64,000 nucleotides of DNA from an uncultured bacterium. GTDB taxonomy: Bacteria > Desulfobacterota_D > UBA1144 > Nemesobacterales > UBA2774. Positions 43,264 to 53,769 of the stretch are shown here, one piece after another. The DNA is taken from assembly GCA_963825135.1 (NCBI GenBank), contig CAWGRW010000009.1:2272001-2336000 (forward strand). The letters run 5' to 3'. The first letter of the stretch is position 1; each line of letters starts with the position of its first letter. A program made the position numbers and the translations under genes. Below the pieces are notes generated by a model, which saw only the letters and a program-made list of their open reading frames with translations, made no database searches and had not been told where the DNA came from.

Positions 43264-44448
43264 TCATACAGATACCGGCAAAAGCCTCTTATATATATCA
43301 AGCAGCTTACACAGAAACAACTCTTCGCTGAACCCGGATTCCGCGCAGTAGCGTGCGGCCCTGCCGAAAGCTTCGGAGAGATTCCTGTTGCGCAAAAGCA
43401 GTAGTAATTTTTCCGCGAGCGCATCCACGTCTCCCGGCGGCACCAGGAACCCGCTCTTTCCATTCTCTATGATCTCCTCGAGTCCTCCCGAGGCGCTTGC
43501 CACTACCGCTGTCCCCCTCATCATCGCCTCGACGGCGGTAATGCCGAAAGGCTCCGACCAGACCGAGGGCACTGCCTGCACCCATGCCCGGCCGAGCGCA
43601 GCTTCGAGTTCCGAGTGCGTTAAGTGTCCATGAAAGGTAACGTTCGAAGATAGATTCAGGCGCGAGACGAGGAGCCCTAATTCTTCTCTTATGGGCCCGT
43701 CACCGGCAATCAGCAGCCTGGCGGACGGTAACTGCTCCGTTATTTTCGCGAATGCGCGGAGCAGTATGTCGACGCCTTTTTCCCGCACGAGACGTCCCGC
43801 GTATGCCGCGGTTGGTGTCTCGAATAGCGATAATCCTGCCGGTCTCGGGGGTGCGCCGTAGTAAAGCACTTCCACCCCGTCGATGCCGTTCAGTAACAAT
43901 GTGTCTCTTACAAATTTGCTGTTGGCTATAATCGAATCGAATGCCCATCGCCACCGTCTGAATAGTTTAAGTTGTATCATTAATGGTCCCCAGTCCCTAA
44001 GGGGCAGGCATCCATTCCGGTAACAGGGAATACCGGGGCTTACGGTGCAGATGCTGCCGTCGGGGAGAAATTTCGTTCCGGTGGGACAGACCGGGCGGTA
44101 CCACGCCACGTGATATAGAGACGGTATGTCTTTCAAGAGCGGAAGTATCAGCGGCGAGAGCTGAGTCAGAAAAATCTTGACATGGATTATGTCGGGTCTG
44201 AATTCTTTTATTACATCCCGGAGTCTGAAATATGCCCACGGATTTAATGTCTGAAGCAGCGTGCGGAAAGATGAGACCGTACCCGGGCATTTGAAGTCCG
44301 CATCGTTTTTGAAATCTCCGCTCTCTATGCTGGTCGTGAATAATCTGGCATCGTGTCCTTTCTCTCTCAGCAATTGGCGGAGCCTCAATATTTGTATTTC
44401 GGCTCCGCCCGTGGGTATTCCGTAGTCATTAACCAGCAGGATTTTCAT
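43264..44448 (-). CDS. Glycosyltransferase family 4
   Basis: GGAE, GRLVREKG, EPFGITAVEAM. Confidence 0.93.
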   Translation of the reverse strand: MKILLVNDYGIPTGGAEIQILRLRQLLREKGHDARLFTTSIESGDFKNDADFKCPGTVSSFRTLLQTLNPWAYFRLRDVIKEFRPDIIHVKIFLTQLSPLILPLLKDIPSLYHVAWYRPVCPTGTKFLPDGSICTVSPGIPCYRNGCLPLRDWGPLMIQLKLFRRWRWAFDSIIANSKFVRDTLLLNGIDGVEVLYYGAPPRPAGLSLFETPTAAYAGRLVREKGVDILLRAFAKITEQLPSARLLIAGDGPIREELGLLVSRLNLSSNVTFHGHLTHSELEAALGRAWVQAVPSVWSEPFGITAVEAMMRGTAVVASASGGLEEIIENGKSGFLVPPGDVDALAEKLLLLLRNRNLSEAFGRAARYCAESGFSEELFLCKLLDIYKRLLPVSV

Positions 44449-44474
44449 CGTTAAAAAATCCGTTGGACTCCAAT

Positions 44475-45455
44475 TCAGAGACTCGATACACGTTTTTTAT
44501 CCTGCTCGGTGAGGTATTTGAACCTGTCGAACTCGAAGCTGTTTACATTCCGCTGTGTATTTCCGAAACCAAATGCGTACCCGCATAATTTCCCCAAGAA
44601 ATGAGCCGAGAGTCCCGTCACTATGATCGGTAATGCGGGGATGAGCTTGTTCCACTGTCCCGTGCGCCGGATACTTTGTAAGGTGCCCTGAAAATGTCTC
44701 AGGATTATCAGAGGCTCGAGGAGAGCTTGGAGAAGCCTTTTCCACGGGGACCATCTCTTATAATGAACGAGGGCGGCCGTATACAGCTGACCGTTATAAA
44801 ACAGGTCGAAAATTATAGACACCGTTTTAGATATATTTATATGATCTGTTTTAGCTTTATTCTCCATGTAGAGGCGGTACCCCCGCGCCCGGAGGTCCAT
44901 GTGCATTATATTCGTTCTGATCAGCATAAACCTAAGTTCATCACCATAATCCAGTAATATCGAACGTTTGTAAGAGGTATTGTGTCCCGGAAGGTCGTTA
45001 ATTTCCCCCGACTCGACAGGTTCGGTATAGCGTCCGTATGTCATGTAGAGTTGCGCCCAGCTGTTCAAACTATCGGGGTTGGCGTTCCTGATGACGCTCC
45101 CCACGGCGGCCCATGGCCCCTTATGCGCCTCTATCAGTGCCTCGGCCCACTGCGGCACCGGGAACGCATGGTTCTCTCCGAACGCCACTATCGGCGCGCG
45201 CGATTCATTGACCGCATCTACCCAAGCGTTATAAAGTCCGTTATCCAAATCGGCTTCCATAATTATAGAGTTGTTGAAATGTTTGAGCTCCGTCTCCTCG
45301 GCGTCCGTGAGCCTCATCGAAGGAGATACGATAATCACTTCAAGCCTGTCTGCCACGGTTTGCTTTTTAAGGTGCTCGATTACGGTACTGACGGATTCGT
45401 ATCCGCCGATGGTCGTGATTATTACGGACATGAGTGGCGGCTGATTTTCTTTCAT
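44475..45455 (-). CDS. Glycosyltransferase family 2-like protein
   Basis: MSVIITT N-terminus, degenerate DxD (ENH), PGHNTSYKR. Confidence 0.75.
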   Translation of the reverse strand: MKENQPPLMSVIITTIGGYESVSTVIEHLKKQTVADRLEVIIVSPSMRLTDAEETELKHFNNSIIMEADLDNGLYNAWVDAVNESRAPIVAFGENHAFPVPQWAEALIEAHKGPWAAVGSVIRNANPDSLNSWAQLYMTYGRYTEPVESGEINDLPGHNTSYKRSILLDYGDELRFMLIRTNIMHMDLRARGYRLYMENKAKTDHINISKTVSIIFDLFYNGQLYTAALVHYKRWSPWKRLLQALLEPLIILRHFQGTLQSIRRTGQWNKLIPALPIIVTGLSAHFLGKLCGYAFGFGNTQRNVNSFEFDRFKYLTEQDKKRVSSL

Positions 45456-45498
45456 AGCGGCACTATCTCGTAAAGCATTTTTGAGTGGGTGTGTCGAA

Positions 45499-46557
45499 TT
45501 ATCCGGGGCATTTAGCTTTCTCCTCTCCTAAAAATACCACTGCGCCTGTCCGTGCTGACTCTTCGGCTGCGGCCAAAACCTTGAGGCATTTGTAACCGTC
45601 GAGTAAATCAGGGCTCGCTTCACTTGCCCCTTTTATCGCCGAAAGGAAACGGACGATCGCGAGTTCAAACGACGGTTCTTTACCGGGGAAGAGTATCCGG
45701 TCTTTTAAATTTTGGGAGTTAAGAAGCGAACCAATATCGCTCTTGATCTGCGATAATAGTCCCGGCCGCTGGGACTCCGAGATTACAACCCTGAGGCTGG
45801 AATTGAATCTGTCGGCCAAGAGCTTGCCCCGGGTGCCGTAAACCTCAATTTTATCCTCGTCTATCGATGTTATCGAGAAATAGGATTGAACATCGATGCC
45901 TCCCGATGTTTTAAACTCGCATATAGCGTTGTCACCTTCAGTATTATGAGAGCCGATCGTTGCGGAAACTTGGGTCATGTCCGTGTCCAGTGTATATCGT
46001 ATGAGGTCTACATGGTGAGAGCCGATGTCGAGCAGCGCTCCGCCCCCTGAGACCCTATGCTTTCTCCATTCCGGGAATTCCCTGCGCCAGTATGAGAAAA
46101 CTGTGCGAACGCACGTTATTTCCCCGATAGCGTCTGACTCGATATGTTTCTTAAGCGAGAGATAGACAGGATTGAAACGAAGATTGAATCCTGCCATGCC
46201 TACTAGATTGGCGCTCACCCATGCCTTCAATACCTTCTCGGCCTCGTATGTACTTATGGAGATCGGCTTTTCCAGATAAACATGCTTTCCCGATTCGAAT
46301 GCCGAAATTGCCGCTTCTGCGTGCATATCGTTCGGAAGGCAGATTATCACCGCATCGAGGTCCGGGTGACGCAGCAGGTCTTGATAGTCCGGGTAGAGCG
46401 CTGCGTGAGGCGCCGATCTTCCGGCTTGTTCCCTGTTCACTGTGTCTGATTCGGCAATCGCGGCAAGTCGCAGCCCCGGCAGCTTTTTAAGTATATTAAG
46501 GTATACCAGGCTCGCGATACGTCCACACCCGATGAGGCCGACTTTAATATCCCGCAT
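45499..46557 (-). CDS. Gfo/Idh/MocA family oxidoreductase
   Basis: GLIGCGRIA, HVYLEKP, GGALLDIGSH. Confidence 0.93.
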   Translation of the reverse strand: MRDIKVGLIGCGRIASLVYLNILKKLPGLRLAAIAESDTVNREQAGRSAPHAALYPDYQDLLRHPDLDAVIICLPNDMHAEAAISAFESGKHVYLEKPISISTYEAEKVLKAWVSANLVGMAGFNLRFNPVYLSLKKHIESDAIGEITCVRTVFSYWRREFPEWRKHRVSGGGALLDIGSHHVDLIRYTLDTDMTQVSATIGSHNTEGDNAICEFKTSGGIDVQSYFSITSIDEDKIEVYGTRGKLLADRFNSSLRVVISESQRPGLLSQIKSDIGSLLNSQNLKDRILFPGKEPSFELAIVRFLSAIKGASEASPDLLDGYKCLKVLAAAEESARTGAVVFLGEEKAKCPG

Positions 46558-46691
46558 TTTCTATTTCAGCTTTCCCGTCTAGTTGAAATTACGTCCGTTA
46601 TTCTCGCCGCAGCTCGATTTCATACTACCTTAGTCTGGGTTTATTGAACAGGCGGGCCGGGTTGTGACCGATATAAAATCGGGCGTCAAAA

Positions 46692-46738
46692 TGGAGCCGA
46701 CAAGAGGATTGAAATCTCCGACCTGCTCATTACGAGTG
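46692..46738 (-). repeat. Displaced 3' half of tRNA-Thr (distal att site of the island)
   Basis: TGGAGCCGAC (10 nt) and GACCTGCTCATTACGAGTG (19 nt) are identical to 61571-61617 with the same spacing. The T-arm differs. Confidence 0.9.
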
Positions 46739-46989
46739 GGAGCACGTTATTTTCCAGAGCATAAATTACCTAACGATTTCAGATCAACTGCCCTAAAATA
46801 TTGTAGAATGCCCAACGGTTACAAACGTGTCTTAAATGGTAGAATCACCTGAGTCATATGTATCACACCTGAATTATAAACTGAGTTTTACTGACTTTTC
46901 GTTTAATAACCAAGGCGATTTCATGTCCGTGGTTACGTATAAGGAGTGCGACGGAAACGTGTGCGTCAAGATCGACCGCGCTACGCGGC

Positions 46990-49266
46990 TCACTTGAATT
47001 TGTGGATTGCCTCAAAAACACCGTCCCACTCTTCAGGCGGCGGTGTCTCCCGGTAAATTTGGCAACGCTCGGCCATCGTCCGGGAAGGACCGTCACCCGG
47101 CCATAGCCCCAGGGATTTGTTGAAGTTCTCCTGAGCTTCGCCCCAGCGTCGTTCGCGGTATGCTCCCAACCCCGCAGCATAGAAACCAAACGCTTTTTCT
47201 TGCTCATCGGGTAGCGATGTACCCTTCGTAGCCAGGAGCTCATAGATACGCACGGGCTGTACCCTGCCGACCACTTGCACCATGTCGACTTCCCGCAACA
47301 AGAAAGAAGTCGCGACCAACTGAGCAGTGTTCTCCCCGATGAGAATTTCCGTTCCATAAGCCTTATTGAGTCCCTCAAGGCGGGAACCCAGATTCACCTG
47401 ATCCCCCAGCACTCCATAAGCAAAACGATATTTGGACCCAAGGTTACCCACCAGCATGCGGCCGGAGTTTATACCGGTCCGGGCGATCATGGGCGGGCGG
47501 CCGATCTTGGCCCACTCTTCATTCAGCGCGTTGCGATGATCTCTCATGGCCAGGGCCGCACCACACGCTCTTTCCGCATGGTCGATCTGTTCAACAGGGG
47601 CGCCAAAAATAGCCATCAGCTCGTCGCCCACATACTCTTTGAGCATGCCCTGATATTCGAAGACCTGTTCTGTCATTCGGGCGTAGTATTCACTTAGAAG
47701 CACGATCATCTCGTGAGGAGCATAACGCTCCGACGCAGAAGTAAATCCTTGAAGGTCGCTGAATAAGACTGTCAGGACTTTTTCATCTCCTCCCAGTTTT
47801 AACCGCCCCGGATCTTTGAGCATTTCTTCAATCACCACGGGGGATACATAATGCGTGAAAGCCTTTTTGATTTTCTTGCGTTCGCGCTCCTCCGTTGCAT
47901 AGTAATAAACGGTAAGAACCATATAACTCATCGAAAGGGTCAACAGTGGATAGACGATATTAAGCCACACTCCGGCCTTTACAAAAAGCCAAAGGACAAC
48001 GGTGATATACAGGATGATCAGTCCGGAGACAAACAATAGCCCTTTGAAAGCACCCATCCGCGGTATGGCTATCCCGATCAGCGCTCCCAGTATAATTATG
48101 GCGAGCAGGTCGTAAATCTTTGTCCACCGGGGCTTCGAGATGAAATTTTGTGTCAATATGTTGTCGATGACATTGGCATGGACCTCCACACCGGGATACG
48201 CAGGGCTGAAGGGTGTGCTCCTCAGATCATAGATTCCCGTGGCTGTGGCCCCAACAAGCACGATCTTACCTTTGAAAGTCCCCTTGGCGAACCTCCCGCT
48301 GACTATATCGCTGATCGAGAGATGAGGAAAGGTTTTTGGCGGCCCAAGGTAGTTAATAAGCAGTTGACCGCTTTCGTCGGTCGGTATGAAACGGTCTCCC
48401 ATCTGGATCCCTTCCACTCCGTAGCGACCGACCTTAACCATCAGTTGAGGTTTGTCCAGATAATGCCAGGCACACAGAACCGCAAGAGGAGGAAAGATAT
48501 CCTCGCCGTACTGTATGGCGAGCGGCATCCAGCGGAGGACACCGTCCTCGTCACTTCGCAGAGTAAAATAACCCGAAGAAGCCGCTACTTTGGTAAAGAT
48601 TTCGAGATTACTCTCGGGGGCATAGGCTCTAATGAAGGGGACAGAATCGATTCCTTGTTCCTCATAGAGTACGAAAGGGTATTTTGAAGCGCTGATGCGC
48701 TTGAGCTGTCGGTCTATCTCGCTCTGTTCGATACTATAATCGAGGTCGGCTTCGCTCATGTGAAAGAAATATCCAAGGACTACTTCAGCAGGCGAATTTT
48801 TTATGGCGACGGCCAGGGCCATGTCGTTATCGGCTCGCTTTTTGCTGTTTTGTATGAAGTCGGCCAGTCGTGGGTGTTTCCCATCCAGAGCATCGACTTT
48901 CTGACTAAATTGATTGATAAACTCCAGCTGGGAGTTCTCATCCGCCTCAAGGAAACCTATATCGAAACCGATAACTTTGGCTCCGTCTTGTGATAGGACG
49001 TCCACGAGAGCAGCGATCTTGGACCTGGGCCAGGGCCAGCGCCCTTCGCTATCGAGGCTTTTTTCATCTATTACCGCGATTACGACTGCCGGTGAGGGCG
49101 GCAACTGACCGCGAGATAGAAAACGGAGGTCGTAAGTTTTCAATTCGATCAGGTCGAGGATCGTCGTCCTCGCCAGGAAGAGCGCTATAACAACCAGGAT
49201 TGTGCCTAGTGTCAGAGAGACAGGATTTGTCGATGAAAGAGATTTAAAAAATAATTTCATAGGCAC
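46990..49266 (-). CDS. CHASE2-domain class III nucleotidyl cyclase, probably guanylyl-type
   Basis: IDEKSL..GRWPWPR and PGVEVHA (CHASE2), 3 TM helices, FSDLQGFT, EYVGD, YGVLGDQVNLGSRLE. Confidence 0.93.
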   Translation of the reverse strand: MPMKLFFKSLSSTNPVSLTLGTILVVIALFLARTTILDLIELKTYDLRFLSRGQLPPSPAVVIAVIDEKSLDSEGRWPWPRSKIAALVDVLSQDGAKVIGFDIGFLEADENSQLEFINQFSQKVDALDGKHPRLADFIQNSKKRADNDMALAVAIKNSPAEVVLGYFFHMSEADLDYSIEQSEIDRQLKRISASKYPFVLYEEQGIDSVPFIRAYAPESNLEIFTKVAASSGYFTLRSDEDGVLRWMPLAIQYGEDIFPPLAVLCAWHYLDKPQLMVKVGRYGVEGIQMGDRFIPTDESGQLLINYLGPPKTFPHLSISDIVSGRFAKGTFKGKIVLVGATATGIYDLRSTPFSPAYPGVEVHANVIDNILTQNFISKPRWTKIYDLLAIIILGALIGIAIPRMGAFKGLLFVSGLIILYITVVLWLFVKAGVWLNIVYPLLTLSMSYMVLTVYYYATEERERKKIKKAFTHYVSPVVIEEMLKDPGRLKLGGDEKVLTVLFSDLQGFTSASERYAPHEMIVLLSEYYARMTEQVFEYQGMLKEYVGDELMAIFGAPVEQIDHAERACGAALAMRDHRNALNEEWAKIGRPPMIARTGINSGRMLVGNLGSKYRFAYGVLGDQVNLGSRLEGLNKAYGTEILIGENTAQLVATSFLLREVDMVQVVGRVQPVRIYELLATKGTSLPDEQEKAFGFYAAGLGAYRERRWGEAQENFNKSLGLWPGDGPSRTMAERCQIYRETPPPEEWDGVFEAIHKFK

Positions 49267-49426
49267 ACCCGTTGAGAGAAGAATTACCGGTGGTCCGGAT
49301 CTGTTACGCCGACCGGACTCGCCGGAATCCGCATGTTCTCCAATGGCACAGACTCAGCCTGTAGCGCTGCCTCAACCTGTCGTCGTTAGTGAATTTATGA
49401 CGTTCACTGACGGCATGTCTCGCGGG

Positions 49427-50200
49427 TCAATGGTGGGGTCCGTGATCGGAGCACTCATGACTTTGTTGCGGGAGCTCCGTGCACGTATATGGTATATCCG
49501 TCCCCGGCACGTATCCCGTCAGATCAGCCGTACACTGCTGTGCAAGGCAAACCTCTTTACCCTTTTTCGCGCAGCCGCCGCCGATTCGCCGCTGAATGTT
49601 AGCGCAGCATTCTCCCTCGGTCGAGAACCCGCCGGGGCATACGCAAATCTCCCCATTGAATTTTGTGGCCGAAAAGGTTGTTAATTGCGTATCCGGACTT
49701 ATATCGAGCTCGATTGATTTTTGACATAGGCCGTTCTTGTCGCACTTTTGGATATCGGCTGAACCGGTGAGAGGCGTATCCAGAATAAGCGGCTGTCCTT
49801 GGGGTTCCGGACAATCTCTCTTTTTCGGTCGGAAGTGATTAGTGGTTGTTAAGGAAGAAATTACCGGAGTTAGACCAAAGGCGATGCCCTCAATGCCGCA
49901 GTCGGGGTCTAACGTATTGGGGTCGCACAACCCGTCTCCTAAGTCTACTGTGCCGTAGACGGAACAAGTCACGACCGGGCAATTCAAACCCGGGACACAG
50001 TTTTTAATGTTGCCCAATCCGGCGACTTCAGCGTCACAAATCTCGCTTCCCGTCCTCCAGCATCCGCAGCATCTTGTCCCCCCGACGGTCGGACATCTGT
50101 ACGTATAACCCGCTTTACATGTCGCCGCGTCGGCTTCGGTCCCCAACGCCGAGACCACAATCATACCTAACAGGCAGATAAACGTTAATCTCTCAAACAT
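49427..50200 (-). CDS. Cys-rich secreted hypothetical protein
   Basis: RBS AAGGAGG before ATG 50200, signal peptide ending ADA, more than 20 Cys in the mature part. Confidence 0.75.
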   Translation of the reverse strand: MFERLTFICLLGMIVVSALGTEADAATCKAGYTYRCPTVGGTRCCGCWRTGSEICDAEVAGLGNIKNCVPGLNCPVVTCSVYGTVDLGDGLCDPNTLDPDCGIEGIAFGLTPVISSLTTTNHFRPKKRDCPEPQGQPLILDTPLTGSADIQKCDKNGLCQKSIELDISPDTQLTTFSATKFNGEICVCPGGFSTEGECCANIQRRIGGGCAKKGKEVCLAQQCTADLTGYVPGTDIPYTCTELPQQSHECSDHGPHH

Positions 50201-50302
50201 GATGAATACCTCCTTATTTAAGAATTTCTTTTGCGATTTCTCTTTCAACATCGTGGGGGTTTCTCATGAACAACACCCCCATTTTTCTCAGCGGTCTCCC
50301 GA

Positions 50303-53300
50303 TTACGGAAGCGCCAGTGTAACCCGGGCGTAGAACATCCTTCCCGGCTGAATGCGCGGATTGTCGACGTCCACCTCAAAATAATTGAACTTTTGGTCAA
50401 AGAGATTCGTTGCTCCTACGGTGATGAAACCGTACCGCTTCGGCAGACGGTAATAGATCGCTGCATCGACTATCCAGAAGTTATCTTCGCCGGACACAAA
50501 ACCGTCTCCGTCCGGCGACAGAAAATCCCCGTCCTGGTTGAGGTAAGTCACGGTGAAAGAAGAACCCAAGCCGGAAGGATGGAAGAAATTGACCCCCAGG
50601 GGGACACGATTCGTATTCAGCTCTTTTGGCTGGTCGGTCAAACCCTGAGTCTCAAATCGCTCGAATATATACTGCGCTCTGAGAGCAAACCACGGATGTG
50701 GAGCCCAGAAGAGGTAGGCAAGGCCCAGATACTCGTTTACGTCCTCGTTCCGGATCGGAGGATTTTCAGGATCGACTGTAAAATCCAAGAATGGAGTATT
50801 CAGATCCCTCTTGGAAAATTGTACCCCCCCGAAAAAGTCTTTTGGGAATTTCTGATCGATGGCCCCCCCAAATACCCAGGATTCCGTTCCGTTTACATCG
50901 TCGAAGAATTGGTTGAAACCGGCGACCTGCGTCGGCTCCAGGGTCTGGTCCGTAATCAACGTTCTCTTCAAAACCCTGAATACAGCGGCGCGTAATGTCG
51001 TAGCCTGAAATGGGTTCCAGGTAATACCGAATTTCGGGTTGAACTGGTTTTTATCCCCGACGTCGGGACTGTCGCCGCTCAAGAAGTCGGCGCTTGCCCC
51101 GAGAGTAAACGTCACATTCTCCAGGGGGTTGATGTAAGAGTATGCGTACACATTCAGGTGTTGGAGATCCGTACTCGTGGTGGACTGCGCAACGATGGGT
51201 CCGTCGGGAGGTGGAATATCAATCGTGATGGTAGTGTCGATCCTTCCGTTTATGTCGAAATATCCCGCGCCGGTAACAAGGTTTACGTATTGCGAGCGGT
51301 AAAGGTGCTGGGCCTCGGCGCTATAAGCGTCTTCCGGCCTTACTGCGTCAAAGGAGCCAAGCTTATCCGTTAAATTAAAATCTGCCTTCTGATATGTAAA
51401 GTTGGCTATCAGGACCGAATTCGGTGAAAATGCGTGCCGTCCCCCAATCCGGAAGTAGTTTCTCTCTTCCTTGTTTCTCAACCCGGGGAGGAAGTCATCG
51501 GGAAAGAATCTGAGTGCGAGGTCCCCCAGCTCTGTATTTCGATACCTGTACTCTGCTTGAATGCTTGTTTTGTAAGAGAGTTCCAGCTGGACATAAGCGG
51601 TTGCGATTTGATCGGTCTGGTCGTCGTTTGCTCTGAACCCGTCCGTGTCAAATCGAGAATAACCCGCGCTGAAGCTGGCCTTATTATATATGCCTGAGAC
51701 GATGCCTTCTCCGGCCCAAGTATCATTTTCACCGACAAGGCCGCTCGTGAGCAGCGTTACCTGGTTACGGTTAAACAGCGGGTTGAACTCATCGAATGAC
51801 GCAGCCCCCGGGCCTTCGGAGGAGATTAAGAAGAGATTGCTCTCTGCGAGCCGGGGCTGAATAGGGGTGATGTTGATCGGCTGAAGCAGTTGGGACTGTA
51901 GCAGCTCGCTGACCCTGGCTATCTCGTGACGGGGTAAAACGGCATATGAATCTGCCAGGAACCGGTGGGCGGAAAAGCTCGCAGGATCGATGTTAACCGA
52001 TTTCCATCCTTCCACGAGGGCAAGCTGCTGGAAGCTCAGATCGGAGTATATTCGGGCAAGGCCGGCACTTCGCGCGGCCAGGTCCGAATCGAGCAGCAGA
52101 CGCGACCTATAGACCGCCCTGTTGTCGTTTAATTCGATGGATTTTTGCAGGTTATGCAGGGCCTCGACCGGCCTGTTTGTAGTCTGTTTCGCTATCGCAT
52201 CGTAGAACCACGGTGTTGGGTCCAGGGGATCCAGTTTCTTGGCGGTTTCGTACTCACGCACGTCCAGCTTGGTGCGTTTTTCTTCAAAGTAGGTTTTACC
52301 AAGATAGCTTCTGACAAGGGAGTTGTTGGGGTCAAGGCTTGCGGCAATCTCGATTTCCCTGCCTCCGCCATGCAGATCGCCATCCCGTATCATTGCCAGA
52401 CCAAGACCCAGCCTCGGGAGATAATCAGCCTGATCGAGGGCAATCGCTTTTTCAAATGAGTCCTTTGCCTGTTTTGTATCGACCTGCGTCAGATAGGCAA
52501 AGCCTAAAACTGTTTGCGTTCTCGAGAGATTCGGCTCCAGGGCTACTGCCTTCTGTGCCGCTTTGAGTGCTTTATCCAGATCGCCGAATGACGACCAGAT
52601 CTCCGCCAGCCGTGCCCACGCCAGCGCGTTTTTAGGATCCAGTTGCACCGCTTTTTCGAGGCTTGCTCGAGCGCCTTTCAGGTCAAAACTTGCCTGCTGT
52701 GCATATGAAAGGGCTATCTCTGCCGTGGCGGAGTCGGGATTCGTCTCGACGGCCTTCTCCGCAACCTCAAGCGCTTTATCTTTCTCGTTCTGCACAATGT
52801 AGATAATTGCTTCAAGCGCTAAGGCGTCGCCATACGTCGGGTTCAGACTCAGGGCCCGCTTGATATCTGCACCCGCCTCATCAACCCGTCCTACGGCCAG
52901 AAGCAGTGAGGCTCGATAAGCAAAAAAGCGCGGGTCACGGATATCCTCGGGAACATTCTTAATGCTGTTGAAGGCTCCCTGAATATCCCCGCTTATGTAA
53001 AGCTCGATGGATTTACGGACCATTCCTTCCCAGTCCGCACCGGCATGAAATTCATCAGGGCGGAGATAAAGGACGGGCGGATAGTACAATGTCCATTGGA
53101 CGGCATCCCTCGGACGCGCCACGATACTTAGCACCGGCGCTTTCCCGGCCTCGGCAACGGCCGATTGGCCGCCGGTAAGAGTCAGGCTTCCTGCATCGTT
53201 AGAGGCCACAACCGTCCCTTCAAAAGTAGACAGTAGAGTCTTGTCTTCTTCAACGTTTACCAGAAATTCTGTTCCCCTGACACCGGCAGTGGTAAAGGGC

Positions 53301-53692
53301 GTATGCACCTCCAGGCTGCTGGGGCCGCTGCTGAAGAAATGTGCGGCTCCCTTGATCATGTCTACCACGCTGGTCCGTTCTTCCTTTACGCCTTCGAGGG
53401 TTATCGTAGTATTTTCATTAAGGCGGATTACGGATTTCTCAAGCAAGGTTACGTCGGCACGGCTTTTATCCTGCACCCGAATCTTATCTCCGGGGCAGTA
53501 TGTGTCATTCAATTTAACCGGCTGCCAATTCGTTTCACCCACCTTTTGCGCCTCTACGGTTCCTTGGACCGAGACCACTTTTGCAACCGACTTCTCACAC
53601 GTCTCTGCGAACGCGGCATGGGAGTATAGAAAAGCCGACAAGAAGCTTGCACCCATGATAAAGCGCAAATAATAGAGATGCCTTCTCTTCAT
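50303..53692 (-). CDS. FecR + TPR + outer-membrane beta-barrel protein (NsrA-like architecture)
   Basis: Signal peptide, FecR motif TPFTTAGVRGTEF, many TPRs, C-terminal amphipathic strands ending NLFD...PGRMFYARVTLALP. Confidence 0.88.
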   Translation of the reverse strand: MKRRHLYYLRFIMGASFLSAFLYSHAAFAETCEKSVAKVVSVQGTVEAQKVGETNWQPVKLNDTYCPGDKIRVQDKSRADVTLLEKSVIRLNENTTITLEGVKEERTSVVDMIKGAAHFFSSGPSSLEVHTPFTTAGVRGTEFLVNVEEDKTLLSTFEGTVVASNDAGSLTLTGGQSAVAEAGKAPVLSIVARPRDAVQWTLYYPPVLYLRPDEFHAGADWEGMVRKSIELYISGDIQGAFNSIKNVPEDIRDPRFFAYRASLLLAVGRVDEAGADIKRALSLNPTYGDALALEAIIYIVQNEKDKALEVAEKAVETNPDSATAEIALSYAQQASFDLKGARASLEKAVQLDPKNALAWARLAEIWSSFGDLDKALKAAQKAVALEPNLSRTQTVLGFAYLTQVDTKQAKDSFEKAIALDQADYLPRLGLGLAMIRDGDLHGGGREIEIAASLDPNNSLVRSYLGKTYFEEKRTKLDVREYETAKKLDPLDPTPWFYDAIAKQTTNRPVEALHNLQKSIELNDNRAVYRSRLLLDSDLAARSAGLARIYSDLSFQQLALVEGWKSVNIDPASFSAHRFLADSYAVLPRHEIARVSELLQSQLLQPINITPIQPRLAESNLFLISSEGPGAASFDEFNPLFNRNQVTLLTSGLVGENDTWAGEGIVSGIYNKASFSAGYSRFDTDGFRANDDQTDQIATAYVQLELSYKTSIQAEYRYRNTELGDLALRFFPDDFLPGLRNKEERNYFRIGGRHAFSPNSVLIANFTYQKADFNLTDKLGSFDAVRPEDAYSAEAQHLYRSQYVNLVTGAGYFDINGRIDTTITIDIPPPDGPIVAQSTTSTDLQHLNVYAYSYINPLENVTFTLGASADFLSGDSPDVGDKNQFNPKFGITWNPFQATTLRAAVFRVLKRTLITDQTLEPTQVAGFNQFFDDVNGTESWVFGGAIDQKFPKDFFGGVQFSKRDLNTPFLDFTVDPENPPIRNEDVNEYLGLAYLFWAPHPWFALRAQYIFERFETQGLTDQPKELNTNRVPLGVNFFHPSGLGSSFTVTYLNQDGDFLSPDGDGFVSGEDNFWIVDAAIYYRLPKRYGFITVGATNLFDQKFNYFEVDVDNPRIQPGRMFYARVTLALP

Positions 53693-53769
53693 TCTCCACC
53701 CCCTTTACTCTTCTACAGCAAACTACCTGTTCGGATACAAGAAAGGATGTTCCGGCACAAACTCACTAC

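Noticed and set aside
46692..46738. Second functional tRNA-Thr
   Set aside because: The 5' half is absent and the T-loop is degenerate; it is an att remnant.
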